53,808 nucleotides of DNA, taken from positions 1 to 53,808 of IMG/VR virus record IMGVR_UViG_3300020294_000007; one strand, 5' to 3'. This document shows positions 1-9,076 of this stretch, piece by piece; the first letter of the stretch is position 1; every line of letters begins with the position of its first letter. This DNA is from a virus. Lineage: Duplodnaviria > Caudoviricetes. The position numbers were made by a program, and so were the translations under genes. Under the pieces are notes generated by a model, which was not told the DNA's origin, searched no databases, and was given only the letters and a program-made list of their open reading frames with translations.

Positions 1-201
1 AAACGTAAAGAACGACAACAAAGAATGAAGGATCGCCTTACTGTTCTTTTTATTATTTGTTCTTTAGGGTTTATAGGGTGGGCAAGTTGGTATGTCTATG
101 AAGCTATACAGGAAAGGAGATTAGACTCGGCCAAGCAAAGACTAGAGCAAGCTAAAGAACGCCAGCGTAATATAAGAAAGTGTGGTCGATACAAATGCTG
201 A
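1..201 (+). CDS. Partial (5'-truncated) membrane protein
   Basis: Open frame 1 from the window edge to TGA at 199-201: KRKERQQRMKDRLTVLFIICSLGFIGWASWYVYEAIQERR...; one TM-like stretch; overlaps the next start. Confidence 0.7.
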   Translation, partial: KRKERQQRMKDRLTVLFIICSLGFIGWASWYVYEAIQERRLDSAKQRLEQAKERQRNIRKCGRYKC

Positions 202-410
202 TGGCGTTTCTGCTAGTAGTTGTTGTAGAAGGAGAAAATGTATCGGATAATAGAATGCTGTTTAAAGACATATATCGGTGTAATATATTTGCAACCGCTA
301 TTGAACAAGGTAAATGGAGTCCAAATGATAGGACTTATTACAGGCAACAAAATGTAACTGCTTACTGTGTACCTAAAATGGTTGGTGCTAATACTAAATT
401 GTTTGAATAG
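195..410 (+). CDS. Hypothetical protein with hydrophobic N-terminus
   Basis: ORF track 180..410; ATG at 195 or 201 overlaps the upstream stop; two Cys residues. Confidence 0.65.
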   Translation: MLMAFLLVVVVEGENVSDNRMLFKDIYRCNIFATAIEQGKWSPNDRTYYRQQNVTAYCVPKMVGANTKLFE

Positions 411-418
411 GAGATAAC

Positions 419-826
419 ATGAGCGCAATACTTAGTTCCCTCGTTGGCCCTGTCACTGGGCTACTTGATAAATTTATTGAAGATAAAGACCAGAAGAACG
501 CCCTCGCCCACGAAATAGCAACCATGTCAGAACGACATGCCCAAGAACTTGCAAAGGGTCAGTTAGAAGTCAACAAGGTAGAAGCGGCAAGTAAGAGCAT
601 GTTCGTTGCTGGATGGAGACCTGCCGTGGGATGGACATGTTGTGTTGCCCTGCTCTCAAACTACATACTCATACCTATGGCTAACTTTGGTTTGTTGCTG
701 GCTGAAATGAATGTTGAGGTTCCTAGCCTTGATATGTCAGCCATGATGCCTGTGTTGCTGGGTATGCTAGGACTCGGTGCTATGAGAACTGTAGAGAAGA
801 CTCAAAAAGTAAGTAGAGAGAAATGA
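419..826 (+). CDS. Holin (3-TM, GTA-holin-like family)
   Basis: GGAG RBS; motifs LLDKFIEDKD, FVAGWRPAVGW, LLGMLGLGAMRT.EK typical of this holin family; near the lysozyme gene. Confidence 0.85.
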   Translation: MSAILSSLVGPVTGLLDKFIEDKDQKNALAHEIATMSERHAQELAKGQLEVNKVEAASKSMFVAGWRPAVGWTCCVALLSNYILIPMANFGLLLAEMNVEVPSLDMSAMMPVLLGMLGLGAMRTVEKTQKVSREK

Positions 827-1143
827 ACAAAGAGTTAGAGCCGGGTAGTGAATACGAGAAGTACGATGCTGACGGTGATGGCGTGGTAACGGATGCGGAG
901 CTTGCTACCACAGAGAGGTTACAGGCACTTGAGATTGCTAATGAGAAGGCTGATGCACAGAAGAACATGTGTTGGTTTGCTTTGTTTGGTATGTTGCTAT
1001 ACCCCTCTGGTATTGTGATTACATCTTTTCTAAACTTAGACCAAGCGGCTTCTATACTAGGAGACATAGCCTCCGTGTATTTTATCTCTGTGTCAGGCTT
1101 GATAGCGGCTTTCTTTGGGTTTCAGAGTTTTAACAAAAAATGA
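823..1143 (+). CDS. Membrane protein with N-terminal EF-hand-like loop
   Basis: DADGDGVVTDAE loop followed by two hydrophobic helices; ATGA overlap with the holin stop. Confidence 0.75.
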   Translation: MNKELEPGSEYEKYDADGDGVVTDAELATTERLQALEIANEKADAQKNMCWFALFGMLLYPSGIVITSFLNLDQAASILGDIASVYFISVSGLIAAFFGFQSFNKK

Positions 1144-1202
1144 TTGAACTAGCGGTAGGTATTATTATTGGTTACGTACTAGGGAAGTATGTATGGCGGT
1201 AG
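1140..1202 (+). CDS. 20-aa hydrophobic micropeptide (MIELAVGIIIGYVLGKYVWR)
   Basis: Not in the ORF track; ATGA overlap with the upstream stop, fills the gap to the lysozyme gene, single TM-like helix. Confidence 0.5.
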   Translation: MIELAVGIIIGYVLGKYVWR

Positions 1203-1678
1203 ATGTTAAGCAGTTATACAAAGAAATAGCCAGTGACGAAGGAAAAGTGCTTCATGTGTATAGGTGTACGGAAGGACATCCTACAGTAGGCATAGGCCAT
1301 AAAATTTTACACACTGACCCAGAGGCTAGTCTTCCAGTTAGAGACGCTTATGACGGTGCCCCACAAGAAGACAGCATTACAGAGCATCGGTGTTATGAGT
1401 TATTTCAAGAAGATGTACATATTGCCATAGACGGGTGCCAAAAAATATATTCTAATTGGGAGGAGCTTCCTCAAGAAGCCCAGCATGTGCTGGTAAATAT
1501 GTGTTTTCAGCTTGGTCAGGGGAACTTAACCAAATTCAAGCATATGAATAAAGCGGTAGAAGCACAGGCTTGGGGACAGGTAGCACTTGAGATGGTTGAT
1601 TCGAGGTGGGCTATGACTCAAACCCCCGAAAGGGCGCACAGGCTAAAAATACGGATGTTAGCATTAGCGGATACGTAA
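1193..1678 (+). CDS. Endolysin, T4-lysozyme-like (GH24)
   Basis: Catalytic-region pattern DEG...Y.CTEGHPTVGIGH; later LVNMCFQLG and DSRWA.QTPERA motifs. Confidence 0.9.
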   Translation: MAVDVKQLYKEIASDEGKVLHVYRCTEGHPTVGIGHKILHTDPEASLPVRDAYDGAPQEDSITEHRCYELFQEDVHIAIDGCQKIYSNWEELPQEAQHVLVNMCFQLGQGNLTKFKHMNKAVEAQAWGQVALEMVDSRWAMTQTPERAHRLKIRMLALADT

Positions 1679-3565
1679 ATGACAATACAGAAATTAGCTC
1701 TGGAACCCGGTGTCAACAGAGAGAAAACTAGTTACAGTAACGAAAACTCTTGGTTCGAGTGTGACAAGGTACGTTTCAGACAAGGGTACGCTGAACGCAT
1801 AGGTGGCTGGACTCGGATATCAGCAGATAGCTTTCTTGGTGTATGCAGGTCGCTCTTTAACTGGATCTCTCTAGCAGGTGCAAACTACTTAGGGGTAGGC
1901 ACTAACCTTAAATTCTATATAGGACAGGGTGGCGCATACTACGATGTCACTCCGTTACGTGCTACCACCGCTGCAGGAGACGTTACCTTTGCCGCTAGTA
2001 ATGGGTCTTCTACTCTTACCGTGTCTGACACGGATCATGGCGCGGCAGCAGGTGACTTCGTGGAGTTTTCCGGGGCGGCTACTTTAGGTGGGTTAATAAC
2101 TGCTGATGTGCTTAATCAAGACTATGAGATAGCCACTGTAGTAGGGGCAAACAGCTACACTGTTACCGCTAAAGATACGTCAGGTAGCACCGTGACGGCT
2201 AACTCAAGCGACTCTGGCAATGGTGGTGGGTCTACCGTAGGTAAATACCAAATAACTCCGGGTTCTGCCACTGCCATACCATTAATAGGTTGGTCAGGTG
2301 GTTCATGGGGTGGCGGTACATGGGGTAATGGTGAATCGTCCAACACTCAGATAAGGCTGTGGAGTCAGTCTGGGTTTGGTGAAGACCTTGTTTTTGCTCC
2401 TCGTGGTGGAGCCTTGTACTACTGGGATTCTTCTGCGGGTACAACAAATAGAGCCGTGTTGGTGTCTAGTTTAGCTGATGCGTCAAATGTACCTACCGTA
2501 GTCAATACCGTACTTGTATCAGATGTCAGCCGTTTTGTATTTTGTTTTGGTGCTAATCCACAGGGTTCTTCTACACAAGATCCCATGTTAATTCGATGGT
2601 CTGACCAAGAAAGTCTCGTTCAATGGACTCCTGCGGCCACTAACCAAGCGGGTAGTCTACGTCTATCAAAGGGCAGTTCTATCATCACTGCTCAACAAGC
2701 ACGGCAAGAGGTGCTGGTGTGGACAGACTCTTCCTTGTATAACCTGCAATACGTGGGTGCGCCTATTGTGTGGAGTTCACAGATTGTAGGTGAGAACATA
2801 TCTATCGCTTCTCAAAACTCTGTTGCTTATGCTGACGGTGCTTCTTACTGGATGGGCAGGGACAAGTTTTACATATACGATGGCAGAACCAGACAGCTAC
2901 GGTGCGATCTGAGAAGGCATATATTTGATAACATTAATACAGAACAGATAGATCAAGTCTTTGCAGGTACAATAGAAGCCTTTCACGAGGTATGGTGGTT
3001 CTACTGCTCGTCAAGTAGTTCTACTGTAGATAAGTACGTGGTGTACAACTACCAACAGGATGTATGGTACTACGGCACTTTAACCAGAACCGCATGGCTA
3101 GACTCAGGATTACGTCAGTTTCCTCTGGCAGCTACTTATAACAACAATTTGGTCGAGCATGAGAACGGTGTTGACGATAACGAAACTGCTACTCCTGCAG
3201 CTATCTCAGCCAACATATCTTCTGCCCAGTTTGATATTGATGACGGTGACAGGTTTGCGTTTGTTAAGCGTATACTGCCTGATATTACGTTTGATGGGTC
3301 TACGGTGGATAACCCTACGGCCACATTAAGTCTTTCACCTTTTAATAACTCAGGCTCTGGTATCAATAGTCCTACGTCAGAGGGCGGCAGTAACAGTGGT
3401 TCGGTTACACGCACGGCCACAGCCCCTGTTGAGAAGTACACAGAACAATTAAATGTAAGGATCAGAGGCAGACAGATGACATTTAAAATAGAGTCTACGG
3501 CACAGGGTGTAATCTGGCAGTTAGGCTCCCCTAGAATAGATATTCGTGCAGATGGAAGACGATAA
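1679..3565 (+). CDS. Tail/DNA-stabilisation protein (tail tubular B / P22 gp10-like)
   Basis: 628 aa, beta-rich; motifs IRWSDQE, YWMG...FYIYDG, EVWWFY; position directly before the internal virion genes. Confidence 0.7.
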   Translation: MTIQKLALEPGVNREKTSYSNENSWFECDKVRFRQGYAERIGGWTRISADSFLGVCRSLFNWISLAGANYLGVGTNLKFYIGQGGAYYDVTPLRATTAAGDVTFAASNGSSTLTVSDTDHGAAAGDFVEFSGAATLGGLITADVLNQDYEIATVVGANSYTVTAKDTSGSTVTANSSDSGNGGGSTVGKYQITPGSATAIPLIGWSGGSWGGGTWGNGESSNTQIRLWSQSGFGEDLVFAPRGGALYYWDSSAGTTNRAVLVSSLADASNVPTVVNTVLVSDVSRFVFCFGANPQGSSTQDPMLIRWSDQESLVQWTPAATNQAGSLRLSKGSSIITAQQARQEVLVWTDSSLYNLQYVGAPIVWSSQIVGENISIASQNSVAYADGASYWMGRDKFYIYDGRTRQLRCDLRRHIFDNINTEQIDQVFAGTIEAFHEVWWFYCSSSSSTVDKYVVYNYQQDVWYYGTLTRTAWLDSGLRQFPLAATYNNNLVEHENGVDDNETATPAAISANISSAQFDIDDGDRFAFVKRILPDITFDGSTVDNPTATLSLSPFNNSGSGINSPTSEGGSNSGSVTRTATAPVEKYTEQLNVRIRGRQMTFKIESTAQGVIWQLGSPRIDIRADGRR

Positions 3566-3759
3566 TGCCCATAGATATAACTGACTACAATATTACGTTT
3601 AGAGCACCTGCACTACCGCTTCCCCCTTCGGAGTACGATCAGCGATATTTCGATGATATAAACAACGTACTCCGACTTTATTTCAATCAGTTAGACCAAG
3701 CCTTTCGTAGTGACAGACTAGTAGGTCAAGCTGAAGCAAATGCGTGGTTTCTTAGTTAA
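3565..3759 (+). CDS. Hypothetical virion-associated protein
   Basis: ORF coupled by TAATG overlaps; LPLPP.EYD...LRLYFNQLD. Confidence 0.7.
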   Translation: MPIDITDYNITFRAPALPLPPSEYDQRYFDDINNVLRLYFNQLDQAFRSDRLVGQAEANAWFLS

Positions 3760-4082
3760 TGTCTAATACCTACGTCAATGCGAAGGTAGACCTGACTACC
3801 ACTAATATAACCACGTTATACACCTGTGCGGCTTTGACCACGGGTATAGTAAAATCCATCATAGTGTCAGAAGACTCTAACAATGCAGATACTATAACTT
3901 TGACCATAACAGATGCCTCTAGCGCAGTATTTAGTATATATAAGACCAAGGCTGTCAGTGCTAACGGCACAGTAGAACTACTTACTGCCCCTCTTGTGGT
4001 ACAGGCAAGCGAGATATTGAAGGTAACTGCAGCCACAGCCAATAGACTGCACGTTGTAGCAAGCATACTGGAGATAACGTAA
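3759..4082 (+). CDS. Hypothetical structural protein
   Basis: Thr-rich beta-type sequence, translationally coupled on both sides. Confidence 0.7.
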   Translation: MSNTYVNAKVDLTTTNITTLYTCAALTTGIVKSIIVSEDSNNADTITLTITDASSAVFSIYKTKAVSANGTVELLTAPLVVQASEILKVTAATANRLHVVASILEIT

Positions 4083-6628
4083 TGTCTATCGCTCCCTGTC
4101 CCGACATAGAAATAAACGGTAAATATTACCCTGCACGTAGAAACGAAAAGGGCATATGCGTACCTGATTTTGAGTTAAACCCACAAGATCCTATCTACAC
4201 GGGGCAATTTCCTCCATATGGCCCCTATGCGCCTCCGGGTGATCCTAGAGGAGGGTTTCCGGGTACTGCTGACCCAAATACAAATCAAACAGGACTTCCT
4301 ACAGGTACGATACCTTCGTCAGTGCCGGGGGAGGATACACCTGATGGAGAAAGAACTCCGCAAAATAACTACGGATGTCCAGTAGGTTATTTTCGTGATC
4401 CGGTATCGGATGCGTGCGTGCCTGTAGCAGGAGTCCCTAGAGCAGGAACCCCCAGTGGCGATAAGTATGACCCGTTAGGACAACAACCCGGCTCTTTTGA
4501 GATGGAGGACATATCAGACGCAAACACTCGTCAAGACATATACCGAGACATGCAGGAGGGCAATTTAAACCCTTGGACTCTAAGTGATGCAAAAATACGA
4601 TTTTTGGTGAGAAAAGACCTTGCTCCCGAAGATGTAGATGCAGAGAGAGCACGACTCGCTGAATTTTTTAATACTAATGACAACACTGATTACAACAAAC
4701 CAGCAGAAGATCCTGCCGCAGATTCTGTTGAAGATGATGACGATGCTGTTGATGATGAACAAGCTACTCAAGATACTATCCAAGATATAAGAGACGGAGA
4801 GCTAAATCCTTATGCAATGACCGATGAGGAGCTTGCCGACATAGGACTGACTCGCGCTCAAGCAGAGGACATATATGGAGGAGAGCTTACCGAAGAAGAA
4901 CAGGATAGGTTTATAGAGGGCCTTATTGGGGATTACAACAGTGATGAGACTCGAAAAAGAAATGTAGATGGCGTTGTTGACGTATTTGAAGGAGTGTTTG
5001 GCGAAGATCAATACGACATAACTAAAGACCCTAACGTTGAAGCATTTCCCGAGGGGCAAAGTCCAACGGAAATAAAGCAGGGTAGATGGCTTCCTGTTAT
5101 GGAAATAGATCCTCGCACGGGGGAACCTTACCCCGAGGGGCTGGGATCACAGTATCAGGCAAAAGACAAAAATGGCAACCCTCTATGGAGAAGAGAAGCG
5201 AGTGACATCTCCCCTGCAATAGATCCAACTAGACCGTGGGCGGATGCACAGGAGCCTCCTCCGTGGTTAAAAAGCATAGAAGAAGCATTAGGTATACCGC
5301 CAAAGTGGGTTAGAGACTCTGATCCTGATTGGATGATAAACAGGAACCCAAACTTTCCTCCCCCTCTGACAGATGAGAACGGTAATATATTGCCGGGGGT
5401 AACAATTACTTATAACGTAAAAGAGAAAAAATGGACAGCTAAAGTTCTTATAGCGGTGCCGGGACTGCCTAAGTGGATTCAAGGAGAAGGTTTTGAGGTA
5501 GAACTAGGAAGAGACGGTGAGTTTGTATTAGGAGAAAAATTACAAGACAAATTTAAAGAGATAGGCGAAAAGATAAAAAACATACCCAAAGAGGTAGCAG
5601 ATGGCATCCAAAAAACTATAGACGGTATTACAGCACAAGGCAATAGTGTTAGAGACGTAGATATAGATAAGGATGGTAACGTAACAGGAACCATACTTGA
5701 TTCCGCAGGGAATGTGCTTGATAAGTTATTTATACCCGCAAACGCACTGTTGGAAGGAGGGGTAGATAGTCCGGGGCTGCTAGATTTTATACTTAAAAAC
5801 CGTCTTCTTGCGGGCGCTCTTGATTTTCTTGGAAGTAATTACGTTGACTTTTTAAAAGTAAAAAAGAAAAAAGATAGCGCAGACGGTAGTCCTCCTAATA
5901 AGCCTCCAGAATCTTCAGGAGGCGGATCTCCTATAAGAGGTGCCGATGATCCTAATGAAGAAAAAGATCCTTTAGACGATGAGGAATCAAAAGCTAATGA
6001 AGGACCCCCTGATGGTGAAAGACCCCCTGAAGAAGGACCCCCTGATGGTGAAAGACCCCCTGATGGTGAAAGACCCCCTACTCGTGAAGAAGAACCCGCA
6101 CTTGCAAAAGGTACATTAGACGAACTAGAAAGGACATCTGATGGGGTAGTAACAAGCACAGATAGACCTACTACTGGGCGTGATGGGGTAGTAACAAGCA
6201 CAGATAGACCTGCTACTGGGCGTGATGGAGTAGTAACAAGCACAGATAGACCTACTACTAGTGGCGATGGAGTTGTTATGAGTGGGGATAACCCTGTTGC
6301 TACAAGCAGTCAACCACTTATGAACGCCTTTATGGGACTAGGGGCACCCGGTGATTCACTCTTTGGAGACACAACAAAAGAAGGGGAAGATTTAGAATAT
6401 TTCTTTGATATAGGTGGAGACACTATATTTGCAGGTAAAAACTACTCAAATGCTGAAAAAAGAGGTATAGGTGCCCTTGCAAAGCAGAGCAAAGAGTTAG
6501 AAAATCTACAACGTATGGTTACACCCATAACAGGTGTGCGCTTACCCGACAGATCTAAAGCTGCACGAGGCGGCATGGTAAAAAATACTTTCATGAATAA
6601 GCTCAACGATATAATGAGGTATAGATAG
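4082..6628 (+). CDS. Acidic Pro-rich putative internal virion (ejection) protein
   Basis: 848-aa ORF with low-complexity repeats; C-terminal AARGGMV motif; module position. Confidence 0.6.
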   Translation: MSIAPCPDIEINGKYYPARRNEKGICVPDFELNPQDPIYTGQFPPYGPYAPPGDPRGGFPGTADPNTNQTGLPTGTIPSSVPGEDTPDGERTPQNNYGCPVGYFRDPVSDACVPVAGVPRAGTPSGDKYDPLGQQPGSFEMEDISDANTRQDIYRDMQEGNLNPWTLSDAKIRFLVRKDLAPEDVDAERARLAEFFNTNDNTDYNKPAEDPAADSVEDDDDAVDDEQATQDTIQDIRDGELNPYAMTDEELADIGLTRAQAEDIYGGELTEEEQDRFIEGLIGDYNSDETRKRNVDGVVDVFEGVFGEDQYDITKDPNVEAFPEGQSPTEIKQGRWLPVMEIDPRTGEPYPEGLGSQYQAKDKNGNPLWRREASDISPAIDPTRPWADAQEPPPWLKSIEEALGIPPKWVRDSDPDWMINRNPNFPPPLTDENGNILPGVTITYNVKEKKWTAKVLIAVPGLPKWIQGEGFEVELGRDGEFVLGEKLQDKFKEIGEKIKNIPKEVADGIQKTIDGITAQGNSVRDVDIDKDGNVTGTILDSAGNVLDKLFIPANALLEGGVDSPGLLDFILKNRLLAGALDFLGSNYVDFLKVKKKKDSADGSPPNKPPESSGGGSPIRGADDPNEEKDPLDDEESKANEGPPDGERPPEEGPPDGERPPDGERPPTREEEPALAKGTLDELERTSDGVVTSTDRPTTGRDGVVTSTDRPATGRDGVVTSTDRPTTSGDGVVMSGDNPVATSSQPLMNAFMGLGAPGDSLFGDTTKEGEDLEYFFDIGGDTIFAGKNYSNAEKRGIGALAKQSKELENLQRMVTPITGVRLPDRSKAARGGMVKNTFMNKLNDIMRYR
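5999..6079 (+). repeat. Coding tandem repeat (PPDGER x3)
   Basis: Repeated CCCCCTGATGGTGAAAGA units. Confidence 0.9.
6140..6276 (+). repeat. 42-bp coding tandem repeat x3 plus a partial copy (DGVVTSTDRPxTxx)
   Basis: Units start at 6140, 6182, 6224 and 6266 (partial). Confidence 0.9.
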
Positions 6629-8187
6629 TGGCAAATGGGCAGGGGGATGGAGTTGATACCCCTCTTAATGAAATAACTGTTACTCCAGAAGACGGTGTTA
6701 GTGGAGGCTTCGGTGGGTTTATCGCGGATAATCTCGGCCCTCTTCTAGGATTAGGTGCTTTGGGGTTAGGTATAGCTGGAAGCAGAAGCGATAGAGGACA
6801 GTACAACCAGCCCAGAGGCTATCAGGGAGAGATACCTGATTACGAGTTCGTACGAGAACAGGTGCAAGACACCTTCATGCCTGACAGAAGACCCGGCTCC
6901 AGAGGACAGAGATATTTTTCTGACTATCAATATGTACCCCCCGACCAAGCCGCACAAACTAGACAAACTGCATTTGACCAAGCCTTAGACCTAAGAAAAG
7001 AAAATTTAGCCCGAGCAGGACAGCCTTTCTTTGACCCTGCTAAAACTGAACCTTCAGGTATACAAACCATAGTGCCCGGTTTAGATTACAGCAGCAGAGA
7101 CCCGGCACCGGGGATAGACAGAAGTGGCAGTACCCCAACTAGTTATATAGGTATTAGTGGTAGGCAATACAGTGCAGAAGATATAACGGACGTAAACCAA
7201 TTTCAGTTTTACCCTGATGGTACTGCATATGCTCCGGGGTACGGTTTTTTAAACCTCAATATAGCAGATGAGCTTATGAATTATGCGTCAGTGGTAAGTC
7301 CCGATGCGTTCTCTGCTACAGACACACCTCCAGAAGGGGAAACACCTCCAGAAGGAGAAACACCTCCAACAGAAGATGAAGGAGAAACACCTCCAACAGA
7401 AGGAACACCTCCAGAAGATGAAGCACCCCCTGCAGATTTAGTACAAGACCAATTTGGATTATCTTCTAATAATGCAACGAGTGTATTAGATAACATGATA
7501 TTTGGGTTTGATGTTAAAACTCCTGCGGATTTTCCTGATATAAAAGTTGGTAGTGGTGATTGGCGCAGGATAGCACAAATATTAAATTACAAAGATGCAA
7601 ACGGTAATCTGATAACCCCAGATGGTTACGTAGCATCTATGAACGATACTTATAAGTTTTCTTTTGATGTAGGCACTGGAGAAAAGGACTTTTACACCCC
7701 TGTGGAGTTCCGTAGCGGAGACAGAAAATTAAGTGCGGAGCAAAGAGGTGCAGTAGAGAAAGCCGCTCGTGATGTTATAGGAGGAGCGACAGCAATACCA
7801 GAAAGTATGGCTCAGTCTACTAGTGAATTAGAGTATTTAAATTATATATTAAGTCTTGCTGGTAAAAAATTTACTCCTAACGAAACAGCCAAAGCTGGGG
7901 GGTTGATGGCACTTAGAGGTGGGGGCTACTTAGACGGTACAACGGATGGTATGGCAGACATGATAAATACTTCAATAGAAGGTAGTCAGCCCGCAGCTTT
8001 AAGTGATGGTGAGTTTGTACTGCCCGCAGATGTGGTGAGTCATTTAGGTAATGGCAACTCCGATGCTGGGGCAGATGTATTGTACGGTATGATGGCAAAC
8101 ATTAGAAAGGCGCGAACGGGTAACACAAAACAAGGGACACAGATAGACCCTAATCAGTTCATGCCCAAACAGAAAGGAATGGCGTAA
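6628..8187 (+). CDS. Putative internal virion protein
   Basis: 519 aa; C-terminal GGG.LDG..DGMAD...AALSDGEFVLPADVV motif of the type seen in tape-measure and ejection proteins. Confidence 0.65.
   Translation: MANGQGDGVDTPLNEITVTPEDGVSGGFGGFIADNLGPLLGLGALGLGIAGSRSDRGQYNQPRGYQGEIPDYEFVREQVQDTFMPDRRPGSRGQRYFSDYQYVPPDQAAQTRQTAFDQALDLRKENLARAGQPFFDPAKTEPSGIQTIVPGLDYSSRDPAPGIDRSGSTPTSYIGISGRQYSAEDITDVNQFQFYPDGTAYAPGYGFLNLNIADELMNYASVVSPDAFSATDTPPEGETPPEGETPPTEDEGETPPTEGTPPEDEAPPADLVQDQFGLSSNNATSVLDNMIFGFDVKTPADFPDIKVGSGDWRRIAQILNYKDANGNLITPDGYVASMNDTYKFSFDVGTGEKDFYTPVEFRSGDRKLSAEQRGAVEKAARDVIGGATAIPESMAQSTSELEYLNYILSLAGKKFTPNETAKAGGLMALRGGGYLDGTTDGMADMINTSIEGSQPAALSDGEFVLPADVVSHLGNGNSDAGADVLYGMMANIRKARTGNTKQGTQIDPNQFMPKQKGMA
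7324..7431 (+). repeat. Coding repeat (TPPEGE-like units)
   Basis: ACACCTCCA recurs 5 times. Confidence 0.85.
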
Positions 8188-9074
8188 TGACCAGACGATT
8201 TCAAAACGGAGGCTCTACGGGTGTAGGTAATTTAGGGTATGAGTCTGCGCTGTCTACTTATGTAGGGCCTTATGTTACAGACATGTTGGGTAGAGGACGG
8301 GCGGTTGCATCTCAGCCTTATCAAGCCTACACAGGAGAGCTAACTGCAGGGCCTAGCGACTTACAGACTCAAGCTTTTACTGGAGCTTCTGGGCTTACAT
8401 CCCCAACAGATATGGGCACAACGGGGTTTAATGCAAATTCGTTTATATCTAATACAGGGCAGACCACAGATTTAGGGGGAGGGCTAACTGCATTGCCGGG
8501 AGTTGCTGGGCAATACATGAATCCGTTCTTAGAAAGTGCGCTACAACCTCAGATAGACGCTGCACGTAGAGAGTCTCAAATAAGTCGTATGGCTGATAAT
8601 GCTAGATTATCGAAAGCAGGTGCTTTTGGAGGCACTCGACAAGCAGTAATGGATGCTGAAAGAGACAGAAGTTTACTACAAGGTATAGCTGGACTGCGAG
8701 GCAAAGCATATGAAGCAGCTTTTGATAAAGGTCGTAGCCAATTTAATACCGAACAAGAACGAGCACAGAAACAACAAGAATTAATTAACAGGTATGGGTT
8801 TGACATACTAGGTGAGCAATCACGGTTAGGACAAACCCAAAGAGGTATCACTTCAGAAGGTATAGCAGCCGATGCCGCACAGTTTAAAGAAGAACGAGAC
8901 TTCCCATACAAGCAGGTACAGTACCTACAGTCTCTGTTACAAGAGTTACCACTGGCTGCTCAAACCAACTTCCAAGTAGCTCCTAATGCGATAACTCAAG
9001 CTACTTCTGGTGCCACTGGCATATTGGGATTGTTGGGACAGCTAATCCCTGATTTACTTGTTGGAGGGGAGTAA
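8187..9074 (+). CDS. Putative DNA ejection/pilot protein
   Basis: Gln/Gly/Ala-rich; YMNPF, AGAFGG.RQAV motifs; hydrophobic C-terminus. Confidence 0.65.
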   Translation: MTRRFQNGGSTGVGNLGYESALSTYVGPYVTDMLGRGRAVASQPYQAYTGELTAGPSDLQTQAFTGASGLTSPTDMGTTGFNANSFISNTGQTTDLGGGLTALPGVAGQYMNPFLESALQPQIDAARRESQISRMADNARLSKAGAFGGTRQAVMDAERDRSLLQGIAGLRGKAYEAAFDKGRSQFNTEQERAQKQQELINRYGFDILGEQSRLGQTQRGITSEGIAADAAQFKEERDFPYKQVQYLQSLLQELPLAAQTNFQVAPNAITQATSGATGILGLLGQLIPDLLVGGE

Positions 9075-9076
9075 AC

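Noticed and set aside
6140-6276. Repeat array as CRISPR or DGR template
   Set aside because: In-frame coding repeats without spacers; no reverse transcriptase in the window.
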